Source: Felis catus
Lineage: Eukaryota
DNA length: 64,000 nt
Direction: 5' to 3'
NCBI RefSeq assembly: GCF_018350175.1
Contig: NC_058383.1
Span: forward strand, 1,674,001-1,738,000
In this document: positions 11,201 to 23,089 of the stretch, one piece after another
Numbering within the stretch: position 1 is the first letter of the stretch
Layout of the letters: the number at the start of each line of letters is the position of its first letter
Notes under the pieces: model-generated
Databases searched by the model: none
What the model was told of the DNA's origin: nothing
Seen by the model: only the letters and a program-made list of their open reading frames with translations
Made by a program: the position numbers and the translations under genes

Positions 11201-14200
11201 GGGCAGACTGCTTACCCACCGCATCCCGCGTCCTACTGAGGCTGCTTTTGGCAGGCGGCCCCGTGCAGAGGCGGTGCCAGGCCCGGGAGGCAGGTGCAAG
11301 TCCCCGTTCACACGACGCCGGCGGAGGCGGGCCCTGCAGCGAGTGGGGCGCAACCTGGGCTCCCCACGGGGTTCCGCGGACACCAGCGACAAGGAAGCAA
11401 GGACCACCCTGCTGCCACAGGTCGGCATGGGGGCTTCCTGACGAGCCTGGGTCAGCGGGAGGGGGTGAGCAGCCCCCCTGCCATCTCGCCCCGGCTCTCC
11501 GATGCCGAGGGGCGGGGCTCCGATTCCCTCTGGGGCAGGGAGACGTGGGTGGTGCCCCCACCCAGCGGGGCACAGAGACCGGCTCCCCTCGCCCTGCTGA
11601 CACACCCGGCACGGCCTGCTCGGAGGGCTGGAGAGGAAGGTGGCTCCCCACTGGCCCGGCGGACACGGCCGGTGGGGACTGAGGGTCCTGCTTGCTGTCG
11701 TGGGGCAGCTGCCGGAAGAGACACGGCCCACCCGGCCACTCGATCCAGACAACGCTCAGGGTTTGCTGCAGCGGCTACGTGCCAACAGGGAAGACAGAAC
11801 CAGGCCCTGCTCCGCTGAAAGGGTCCCGAAGCCGCCGCTTAAGTCTCCCCCGGGGTTCCCCTGGTTTGCTGGTTAAAGAGCGATGTTCCGTAGGCACACG
11901 TGTGTGCAAACACTACACGTATGCACTTATCACACCGCCTGCACCTCCCATCCTTCATCACGTGCGAACGCATGCGGGATTCATGCATAACAGACCTATC
12001 TGCCAGCACGCGTCCCCGTCCCTCAGGACCACGGGCTGCTCGTGGCCGGCGGGCAAACCGGGGCACGGTGCCAAGGGCAGGCCACGAGCAGCCCGCTCGT
12101 CTCCCTGGGATCTCAGGGAAGCTCTGCAGGAAGGGGCGGGAGGAGCACGGGTCACGAAGGTGGGAGGGCCCTCCCGGGGCTTCCGACCGTCCCCGAGGCG
12201 GGCAGCGAGGCCCACGGGAGGAGCTGGGGCAGAGGGGCTGGCGCCCTCCCCTCCAGTCCTTCCCAGCCCAAGGGCGGCCTCGAGTGGCCCCGTGCGCGCG
12301 GCTTTCCAGGAAAGTAAAGGTGGCATGTGACACAAGGGAAACTGAGGCACGACACAACTCTGGAATGCTTACCGGGAAGGGGATGCCTGGAGGAAGACAG
12401 GCGTCGGGTGCACGGGGTGAATGGTGGTGTGAACTGCAGGGTCCACCTGTACTCCAGCAACTGAGGGGCTGGCAGGACCCGAGAAAAGGGCCCAGGTCAG
12501 GGGCTCCCGGCAGGTGCCCTCGCCATGGGGCACAGGGGGGAGCGTATCAAGTCACGTGTGGTCTCCCGTAGCCACAGCCCTCCCTCGAGTGCGTCCCGGC
12601 GAGCGGTCCACACAACCGCCGACCCAATTTCTATTAATCAGCCACGAAGGCTCTTCTCCCACAGCTGCACTCACCAAATGAGGCAGTGGGACAGGCAGCT
12701 TTGATCTTGACGGACAAGAGATCGGTGATAAAGCCTTTTACTCCGGTTTTAAAAACAAATAAAAAGGAATCCACCTGAAGTGTGCAGCCCACCCAAACAC
12801 GAGCGCGGCTGGCCCCGTTGTGTGGACAGCAGCCAGGGGCCCAGATGTCACACCCGCATCTCTAGGGGGAGGCGCCGAGGGCAGCTCGGGCCGCAGCGGA
12901 AGGGTGGGCGTTACGGCAAAGCCCGGACGCGGCGTCTCCTCCGATTCCAGCACTCGGTGCTCAGTACGGGGCACCCGGGGCGGCAGCCCAGGCCCCTCAG
13001 GAGCGGCACCAAGCAAACCGCCCCCGCCCCCGCCCCCCCCCCCCCCTCGCTCTCGGCGGGGCTCCCTGGAGGCCACTCTTGCGGGAAAGCCCAACCACAT
13101 CCTTGGCTGAGCCCCTCTGCCGCCCACCTCGCCCACTCACCGTCAGGACCCGGGCAGACCCCACCTGCTCTCCGGGGCCCCGAGCCCACCCTCGGACGCC
13201 AACAGCTGTGCTCCTCGCTGGGCTGGGGCTGCGCCTGGAAGCCGGGTGCAGGGGCATGCTCTCCACTTCTCCGCGCAGGGGTGCTCCCGCGGTACGTGCT
13301 CCGCTGACCCCTCGCCGAGCCCTCTTCCAGGTCCCCGCTCTGGGCAGCCCAGGGGGCTCCTATGCTACGGATGCGACCACTTCTTTGCCCGGCAGGCTTT
13401 GCTGCCTCCACCGCTCTTGGGAACAAGGCCACATCCTTACCGGGACGTCACCCGGCCTGGCCCCCGGGCCCTGCTGGTCTCTCCCCCCACGTCACGTCCT
13501 CACACGCACCACCTCCCCACGAAGCCCTCAGGCCCCCAGCGCACCTGGTCTGCCCCTGGACCCCCCGCATCGGCAGCGGCCTGCTCCAGTGGCACGTCCG
13601 CCCTGCTTCCCACGGCCTGACCCTGCGGACTGGATTTGGGGAGCAAGTCCCCCAAATGCCCGTTAAACGGCGAATTCAGGAGGTCAGAGCGGACGTGCCC
13701 AGGCTCACCAGCCTTTCCTCCTCACGCTCGCCCAGGATACCCACACTCGTACCTGAACAAGTCAGGGAATAACAAACTGGGGACTTGGGAACTGGGTGGG
13801 TCCCAGCGACAGCGAGGTCTGAGGCGAAGGTCCTGACACAACAGAAGCTTTGGAAACGACAGGGAAAGCGGGGACCCAGAGGGCACTGCCGCCCTGGGCA
13901 CACTTCTCGCAGGGACGCCCACAGCCTGAACGCAGCCTCACGCAGGTGAGGGACTAGCCCTGGGGAGAAAACAGGGCCCGGCCAACTTACCCTGCGCGAA
14001 GCAGGGTCCGCGCCCATCGAGTGCCCTGGCGGGGGCCCAGGCATGTCTCTCTGACCCGCCAGCTGCACCTGTGCCCACGGCAGGCTCTCAGAGACCCGGA
14101 GCCGACGCCTGGACTCCCTGTGCACCAAGGGATGCCGGGGGGACGGCGTCAGCCTGCCCAGCGGCCACTTTCCAGTAACAAACTGCAACAGCGGGGCCCG

Positions 14201-14593
14201 TTCGGGGACCCGTGGGGAGCTAGGAGCAGGTCTCCCTGAACACCTCCTCCTTGGACGGCTCTCCCGGTCCAGGGAGCGAGAGGAAGGCCGGCCCGCCGCT
14301 CGGCACCAGGAGGTGTTCAGTGTCGGGACGGGGTCCAGAGGAATGGAGAAACCCTGAGGAAGACAGGCCGCGTCGTGAGCTGGCCGGACACACGGGCTGA
14401 AGGCGGCCTGGCGGACACGCCGAGGTGCCCTGTGAGTAGCTCTCTCCCGAAACAGGGCGGTCTCTTGGGCTCTGGACGAGCCCCTCAGCGTGCTGGACGC
14501 AGGGGAGTGTCTGTGCAGAGGCGGGGTGGGGCGGAGCGTGCCACGGCGGGGCAGGGAGGGGAGGGGAGGGGAGGGAGGACGATGCTGACATAC

Positions 14594-14682
14594 CTGAGCG
14601 AGCTCACCTCCTCCCTGGAGACCGGGAAGCCCCGCTCGGAGGCGCTGGTCTGGCACTGCAGCATTTTCACCTCCACCTCCAG
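14594..14682 (-). CDS. MAD1L1: MAD1L1 internal coding exon (human exon 15 equivalent), 89 nt, phase 0/2: LEVEVKMLQCQTSASERGFPVSREEVSSL(R)
   Basis: Peptide lies within ORF 14485..14922 and aligns to human LEMELKML...SREEADTLR. Acceptor cactgacccgcccgtgctctctcgctcgcAG, donor CAG|GTATGT at 14593-14588. Order and phase fit the two upstream exons. Confidence 0.93.
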
Positions 14683-16949
14683 CTGCGAGCGAGAGAGCAC
14701 GGGCGGGTCAGTGGGGGTGCTGCGGCCCACCTCCTCCCCCTCGGGCCCCTCGCACCCGAGATCCGGCACCCGACTTCTGGGGGGAGGGCGCGCCGGGGGC
14801 CGAGCCACCGTCTCCGGGGCCACCCCATGTCCCGGCGGCCCGGGGCAGCAGGACCTCGGGCCCTCCAGCCACGCAGACACAGCCTCCCTGTCGGCACCCG
14901 CCTCCGGGACAACGACAGACACGCGCTCCTTCCCGGGACGCAGCTCCCAGCCGGGGACGCTCCCGACGCCCGGCTGTCCCTCGGGGCACCGCCTGGCTTA
15001 CCACGTGGCTTACCACGGCAGACGTGGCTCTGCACCCGGCCGCCCGACGGCGGCCTCTGCGACCGCTGTGCGCCCGGTTCCTGAACCAGAGCAGGCACTC
15101 GGTAACCAGGCATGTGACAAGAGAGGGAGGCAGGTCGCGGTGGGCTGGGGCCGCGGGACCCCAGGACCGACCCCCAGCCTGCCCTCGGGCTCCTCAGGCA
15201 CACCCAGGACGGTCTGTTCTGGTCCAGACATGGCTCTCAAGCCTCCGCTTCGGGAATATTCGTGCTCAGCCGGTTTTCTGGCCACCTCAGACCTCGGGGT
15301 GCTGAGCGCCCCCGACTTCTCGGCATCCAGCCTAAGAGGGGCTGGGAGGGCCGGGGAGGGTGCAGGGCAGCCTTCACCTCTCACGGGGCTCTCCCGGGAG
15401 GTGTGGCCGAGGGGGCAGCGGGCACACCACAAGAACAAGGACTCGCCACCTCTCGCCACTCAGGTGGAGCTCGCCAAGGGGCGGGCGCCACACCAGACCC
15501 AGACGTCGGGCGGACAGCCTCCCCGGAGGCCGACGGGTTGTTACGTTGAGAGACAACCGGAGTCAGCCGAAGAAAGGAAGAAGGTGTGAGCGGACAGGTG
15601 TCTCAAGCTCCGAGCCACCACGGGGAACCCTGAATGGGACAGTGACGGTGACAGTCGGGGAGCGCTGCCGCAGGGGCTGATGGGGTGGGGGCGCAGGGCA
15701 GACAGGAGTCTCCCCACCTTGGCAGGGCGTGGCCTGCATGCAGTCAGCCCCCACACGGCCTCTCCCTGTGGTGGCCTGTGCTGATGCCCTAAAGGGAGGC
15801 CACTCGACCTCCCCACGTGACTCTCCACGGAGGCCCAGAGGACAGGTGATTTCAGGGAGAGGCCTCCTGGTGCGCCCACCACAGTGCGGGCTGGGAATGA
15901 CGTGGCCCGGGTGAGACTGACTGTGGCCCTGCCTCGCTACCCTCTGGGCCGCGTGGCCGAAATGTCTGCCCCCGAACTGGGGTGACCGAGAGCTCCCGGG
16001 GCCGGGTCGGGGGGAGCAGAGTGTCTCCACGTTTTTGCCTTCCTAGCTCGAAGGGACAGTCTGCTGTGCTCCCTTCTCGAAAACGTCTTCTCCGGGTTGT
16101 TCCTGGAAAGGTCCTCCTGGGGCAGCTCATTTAGGAATTCTCAGGCCCGAGGCACCCGGTGTGTAGGAAGCCCTGATTCTCATCATCAAGGTCGCGAGTG
16201 ACGCCACCACACAAGCGGGTGACCCCAATCCTGCTGAATGCAGATTAGAGAGCAGACATGAGCTGGAGCGGCCTCGGCGAGGTCCCCAGAGGAAAGGACG
16301 GTCGGGGTCCCCGCACACGGCTGCCCGGCACTGCCCGATGGGCTGAGGTCCCCCTGCACAGATCAGGCACTAAGCGACCACTCGGTGGCACCAGCACGTG
16401 GAACAAGGCCTGCTCACACCTGTGGACAAGTGGCGTCCCCCGTGTGTCCCACGTGTGGCGTGTCCCAAAGCCTCTCCTGCCCCTCCCCCAGGAGCACACA
16501 CACCCCTGACTGGCCAGGCGCGCCGCTCCTACCCGATGCCACCCACATGCTTATGCAGTGACCGGAGGTCCCTGTGTGTCTGTCCTTAGGCCGCAGCCAA
16601 ACAGGCCACCGGGCACACTGACCTCGCTGGACCCGAGGACTGTCCTGGAAAGGCGCAGAAGGGGCCCGAGTCCAGCCTGGGCTCATCCCTCGGTCTCCTT
16701 TCTCGTGTGTGTCGGGCTGCTGATGTCTTGGGCAGGGGAGGCGTGCACACTCACGGTGGCTACCTGCCCGCCCCACAGAGAAAGCCGGGCTTTGGAGCCG
16801 CAGGACAGGACACTTCCTGGAGACATCACCGTCCGGGCCCCAGACCTGTCATAGGCCCGCTGCGCCTTGCTCTGGATGCTGTGAACCACGGGCAGCCTTC
16901 AGATCCGAGCTTCAGATGCGGGACACGACGGGTACGCACCCCAGAGGCC

Positions 16950-19900
16950 TCTGGAAGGCACCCCGGTCACCCAGGCGCCGCCCACGGCCAACGGGAGCCA
17001 CCAGGCCGCGGGGCTCTGGAGATTCACGCCTCCGCTGGCAAGTATGAACCGTCTCTTCCCCTACTTGCTTATCGATTTCTTGTTACAAAAACAGGAAGAC
17101 GGGCTGCACGCTGTTTTGTACTTCGGTTTCCCCACTTAGCGTATTTTGGGGATATTTCCAAACCAGTGCCACGAGAGCCCCTCCGTGTTCGTGGCTTCAT
17201 GGAACTCTGCCACGTGGACGCCCCACCTCTTGCTGACACGTCTCCCACGGAAGAGGGTTTCGCCGCTTCCACCTGACGGCGTGAAGTCAGTGCCGAGGCA
17301 AGGCAGCTCTCGGCTCCCCGCGTGCAGGCGGATCCCCAGACGGTTCCTCCCCCGGCTGACCTACCGCCCCCGGGAGGGCCCAGAGGTGCCCGCGCCACGT
17401 ACCCCGAGGCACGACAGCCCCGCTGGTGTACGATTCCGCGTTGTCACTCACCCGCTTCCGCCTCTGCTTCTGATCTCCGGCCACCGTCCTGACCACAAGA
17501 GTTCCAGGGTGCCTTCTCTCTCCCTCCCTCCCTCCCTCCTCAACCATCAAAGCAAAACAAAAAAAACCTTTTTAGAAAACACCGGGACCACAGTAAACGC
17601 ACAGACCGGAGAGAGAGCATCTGAGGACACGATCGCCCGCCGGGCCCCGGGGGGCACGATCAGCCTCGCACACTCCCTGAGGGCAGACGTGCTGGGGGAT
17701 CTCGTCTGGTTACCCTGATGTGCCGCTGCCGTTCTAAGTGCGTGCGTGTCCTTGTATCGTCTGACTTGTTTCCGTATTTGCGGGACTTAACATCTCTGTT
17801 TAATTTTGTTCCCCACCCTCAGTGCGGTCAGGAGGCGGTCTCCGCGCAATCCCGTCAGCTGCACAAGCCAGGGCCTCCCTCCCTCCCATCCGGACGGCTC
17901 GCACCTCCACGCCGGGAAGCCTGGACGCATGTGGGGCTTGGCTGGAACTGGTGCTGGTCTCTTCCTACTTACGGCATGTCAGTTTCTGGCTGAAATAGAT
18001 GCGCTTTATTACGTTGAGAAATCATCCATATGTTCCTATTTTATGAAGACTGAACGTGGGGTTTCTGGCAAATGCCTTTTCGGCAACTATGGAGCACATG
18101 TCCTAAAACCAAGCCAGCCGGCCGGTGAGGGGGAAACCGCGGGCGTGCCCCAGCACACACGGCGGCACCGGCAGCCCGAGCCCCAGCACGCACACGTGAC
18201 GCCCAGACAACACAGTTGTCGCTCGCCCCCAAAGAGCTTCCCCTGTCCGTGCTCCGGTCGGGGTCCGTGTTCGGAAGGCCTAGCGGAATTTCCCCCAAAA
18301 CTGCCTCAGCCCGGTACGATTTCGGTCTCTTTTTGTTGGGGGAGGGCAGGAGCGGCTATTTTGTGACAACTTTGTAACTGTTTTCTTTAACGTTTCTATC
18401 TCTATCCCTTCTGGAGTCAGTACTGATAGGTTGTGCTTTCCTAGAAAACAATTCATTCAGTTTATTTAAATTGAGCTATGATTCAACTTACATTTATTCT
18501 TTTTAGATGGTTTTTTCCTTTCCTGTATTTTCCTTTACCAACGAGGTGAAGTTCATGCGCGGTCAAGGGCGCGAGCCCCACATGCCCGGCTCCGTGACGG
18601 TGGTGTGGGCACGTCTGTGGGATGCCAGCCACCCCAGCAAGACCGGAAGGGGGCCCCTGCACGCCCCTTCTGGCCAGAAACTCCACCATCATTCTTAGTC
18701 CTCATTTGGGTAGTGACGTGTCTATTAATTTTTTACCAGAACTGTGAATAATTCATACGTTTTACTGGTTTTATTTCCGAGCACGAGCATTTGGATTTAT
18801 TTATTATTTCCGCCATTTTTCACTTTCTTACTAACTTCTGCTTTGATCTTTACAAATTCCTACTTTTTACTCTATTAGGGTTTATTTTGTTTTCCTTTTC
18901 TGAGTTCTTCAGCTGGGTCTTTAATCTGTCTATATTCATTTTTTCCTGTTCGATAATATAAATATTTAATCCACGAGTTTTCTTCTGAACTCCGCTCTGT
19001 TTCCCACGGGCCCTGAGATGTGTTTTCTAGATTCCGTGTACGTCCGCATCTCACTGCCGCTTCGACCCAAGAATTGTTGGAGACGCAGGCTTTGGTTCTG
19101 GTTGTTTTTTTTTTTGTTTCTATCGGTTTTTTGTCTGTCTGTTTAGGTCACCATTTCAAGTTCCTCACCTCGTGATCTGGTAAGTGTGCTGGTTACATCT
19201 ATTTGAACTTAGGAAGGGTTTCTGTATTATCAATATGTGGTGAATTTTGGTGAATGTTTCCTATGAGCACTTTATAGCAAGAGTGTCTTTAGTTTGGGGG
19301 GGTCAAGGGCTTTACATGAAACAGATTTTATCTTTCTTTTTTATTTTTTTATTTTATTTTTTTTTAATTTTTTTTTTCAACGTTTATTTATTTTTGGGAC
19401 AGAGAGAGACAGAGCATGAACGGGGGAGGGGCAGAGAGAGAGGGAGACACAGAATCGGAAACAGGCTCCAGGCTCTGAGCCATCAGCCCAGAGCCCGACG
19501 CGGGGCTTGAACTCATGGACCGTGAGATCGTGACCTGGCTGAAGTCGGACGCTTAACCGACTGCGCCACCCAGGTGCCCCCAGATTTTATCTTTCTATCG
19601 CTTATTCTCAACCCGCTTGACAGACCAGGGATTACAAAGTAAAACAAATCCTCCTGCCGCTGGCGTCCTTGACAATTTCCTCCCAAACCTCTCCCCATTT
19701 TCGCTTTTTGAACATCGATGACGTATCCGTGGCCTATTCACCTCGTTTACTATTTCGTGTGAAATTCTTGATACTTAGAGACGTCTGTACTTTTCGTTCT
19801 CGTGGTTGCTTTCGTAACTCTTGACACGAGCCCTGCGCTTTTCGGTTTCCAACGGTTCCTATCTGCCTCCCGCAGAAGATTAATCGACGGGTTACGTGCG

Positions 19901-20880
19901 TCCAGCTTACGGTTTACCTTTCCTCGGTTCCATGTGCCTTGGGCGCGTGACGTTAACTTTAAATGTTTTAGTCTTCAGCAACGATGGGGTGAACACCACC
20001 GCCCTCCGGTCTTCTCCCGTCTTCTCCCTTCCCAAGAACTTCCATTAAATGGTGAACTGTGCGCCACCGGAACCCACGGCATCTGCCTGGTCCTGTCTCC
20101 TGACCTCCTTGCGCGTTTGGGTCTTCTGGCCCCATGGATTCAGGTCTGGCCCTCAGGCCCTCTAGCTCCAGTTTAACCTGGGCTCCGGGACCGGGGACGC
20201 CCCGCAGCAAAATGTTCACAGATGACTCTCCTCTGCTCAAGGTCAGGTTGTTCATTCTTCCCCTGAGAACTTTTTCTACCATCTGGGTTGCTACAAAACT
20301 TCTGCGTTTTACAAAATTGTGTGATGTTGCTTTTATTACTCACCAGGAAGGTGACTTTTGCTTTCACTGTGACTTTCACTGTGGAAAGGACAATCCTGAC
20401 CAGGCGGCTCTGTGTGGCCTCCACACACCTTCCGACTTTGCTCTGCTGGGGGGGGGAAGCCACGGGCACTCCCCTGAGAGCAAACTCAAACCCTTCCTCT
20501 CTGTCCCAGAGACAGACAGACGCTCAGCCTTGTGGGCATTGACCAGCCCCTCCCGCCACGGCCGCTGCACCTGCTGCACCTGTCCCAGGGCGCAGACAAC
20601 AGGTGCCCTGCCCCTCCCTGCGGCTGCCCCTCCAGCCCTTTCCCTGCGGCTGCAATTCTTGGCTCAGCCCCGCACGCCCCTGCTATTTCCACTGCTGAGG
20701 GCCGGCTCCCTCCCGTGAAGGGGCTTGGCTTTTAGCTGCAGTTCGGTTTGGCCCAAATTTAGGTTTGCCTTTTTTGGCTTTCATTCTTCTTGGTACTTTT
20801 GGACACCTTCCAGGAAGCAAGGAAGAAATGCTGACTTATGCTATAGTGTTCAAAGCAAAATAGGCCCTTTTAACTTGTAA
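16950..20880 (-). mobile_element. Very old L1 (L1ME-like) relic on the minus strand, fragmented and partly GC-shifted; hosts a young SINE
   Basis: ctgttttgtacttcggtttccccacttagcgtattttggggatatttcc (3' end), gctttattacgttgagaaatcatccatatgttcctatttt...caaatgcctttt, cttctgctttgatctttacaaattcctac, aatatgtggtgaattttggtgaatgtttcc. Confidence 0.65.
19338..19580 (-). mobile_element. Young SINEC_Fc with perfect 16-bp TSD and a long degenerate poly(A) tail
   Basis: Full reverse-complement SINEC_Fc body. TSD cagattttatctttct at 19322-19337 and 19581-19596. Confidence 0.97.
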
Positions 20881-22881
20881 GCTTGACTCATAACTGCTTC
20901 CCACTCGACCCCCTCCCGCCCGCTACAGCCCACACATGCCGAGGCCCCCGGAGCTGCCCGAGCCTGCCCTCCGAGCGCCCGCACCTGCCAGCGCCCAGCC
21001 TAGGGCAGTGGCCGGCTCCCGAGACACACGACAGGGGTCTGCAGCTCAGTCCCCACCGCCCCCCACCCCCCCGACCCCGTCAGACCCACCTCAGAGGCCA
21101 CCCCCTTCAGCAGTCCTCCCAAACCGGGAGTGGCGGCCCCCGCCCATATTCAACCGTGTAATTCTAAGACTCGTGTGTGTGACTGTTTTCCCGCCGGCCT
21201 GGGAACTCCTGAAGGTGCATATACCTCCGCTCACCTCTTAACCCAATTCCCAGCTTAGACGTGGCACGCCGGGGACGGTCCAGGCCCGCAGGCAGGGGCA
21301 CAAGAGCGTGTGGGCGGCCAGTATGCCAGTCCACGCCTGGCGCTCCCGTGGCATGCGTGGCCGAGTGCCGTGCAGCCTTGGGGACAGCGTGCGGGCCGGG
21401 CCTCCGCCAGGACGGCAGCTCCGGGCCAGCGAGCGGAGGCAGGGTGAACACACGGGAAAGCACGCCGTCCAGGGAGAACACAGTCCGGCATTTGCCCCGC
21501 AGCACCCGATTTCAGAAAGTAAACAGATCGGTTATCAGTAAGAGGAAACCAGTCGGGCTCTGAAAGGGGTTGCCGGACGAGAACGTCAACGGCGCTCCCG
21601 TGGGCGCCTCGGGGAACAGCCCTCCACCCCCCGCCCACCCGTGAGCCCGGCTGGCTCTAAGGCCATCGCCTCTCCGCCGGGGCCCCTGTGCCCCGTTCAC
21701 GTGGGAGGGTGCTGGCACCAGCCGGGTCACACACAGGCTCAACCTCCATCTCCTCATCGGTCGAGTGGGGGCAATGCCTCCTGTTCTGGAGGTCTGAGCA
21801 GGAAGTGGGCCGCCCGAGAGGAAAATGCCCATCCGGGGGCCCAGCGCCTGCCACAGCCGAAGCCCCGTCCCGGCAGCACCCCAGGGCCGCACCCTTCCCC
21901 ACCCTCAGGCCCGGCCCTGGCTCTCCCGGGGGCACAAGCGTTCATCCTTTGTCTTTCACCCAACAGGCGAAGCCACGCTGCTCTGACCCGGGCCCGGAAG
22001 AAGGGGCAACTGGAGATGCGTTAACACTGCTGTCTGCAAACACCTGTTTCGTGCCTCACTGAGAAGAGTCTGCATTTGTGGCTTAAGACAAAGGAACACA
22101 GAGCTAACTGGATCGTATCTTCTAAGAGATTTGCCAAACGACAAAACCCCGAGGGCCGTTCCGGAGGGCCGTTCTGCGAGCCGCCCCGCACACGGGGCTC
22201 GGAAGGGAGGCGCCCCGGAGGGGGCGTCTGCAGGTGCAGCACGTGGCTCTGAGCCACGTGCCCGCGACGAGGACGAGGCCCTGGGCCTGCCACCGCCCAA
22301 GGGAGCCCCTCCGCACAGGCCGCGCTTCATCGCCACACCGGCCTCCCCCAGAGAGGCTCTTCTGCGTCTCCGACCTCTGAAACCAACGCACACATTTGCG
22401 TTCCTTCCTTCGGCTCGCCGTCCACATCAAGAGGCAGAATTAGCAGCAGGGCCGGCTGCAGACGACTCAAACGCCCAGGGAGCCCAGCCGCCGGCAGGCT
22501 GTGCTCACACCCTGGGACTGGTGGGCGCCCCTGGGGAAGCCCGATGTGCCCGTCTCGCAGCCACCGAGGGGCGCGGGTCAGCCACGCTGGGTCCACGGCC
22601 CCGAGGCTGCTGCTTCTGGTTCTGCGGGCGAGCACGCTGAGGCCAAGGAGGTAAATGTTCCTGGCATTTTCACAGCAAACCTGGAGCCCAAAGAGCATGG
22701 GGACCTGGAGGCGGCCCGCTGAGCACCGGGGTACCGAAGGTCCCACCGTCCCCAGCCCACAGACATAGCCTACGACTCACCCGGAAGCAAAGGACGGCAC
22801 GTGGCAGAGCCTTCGTTCCCTCTACACTCAAGCCACAGGCCGCGTGAGGAACACGTCGGCCTGCACAGAGCCCGCCTGTCT

Positions 22882-23089
22882 CAAATGCTTTATTTATTTT
22901 TGAGAGAGAAAGAGAGACAGAGTGCGAGCTGGGGCGGGGCAGAGAGAGAGGGAGACACAGAATCCAAAGCAGGCTCCAGACTCCGAGCCGTCCGCACAGA
23001 GACCGACACGGGGCTCAAACTCACGAGCCATGAGATCACGACACGAGCCGAAGCCGGACGCTCAACCGGCTGAGGCACCCGGGCGCCCC
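22882..23089 (-). mobile_element. CAN-SINE (felid SINEC) with 13-bp TSD
   Basis: Reverse SINEC body ending ...gaggcacccgggcgcccc. TSD agcccgcctgtct at 22869-22881 and 23092-23104. Confidence 0.94.

Noticed and set aside
1..14593. Next MAD1L1 exon (LKVEELEGE...) expected downstream of exon 15
   Set aside because: No matching peptide or splice-bounded segment seen; it presumably lies beyond the left edge of the window.
14375..15589. 404-aa plus-strand ORF antisense to exon 15
   Set aside because: Shadow ORF of GC-rich DNA, non-ATG start, no domain; the real coding signal is the 89-nt minus-strand exon.
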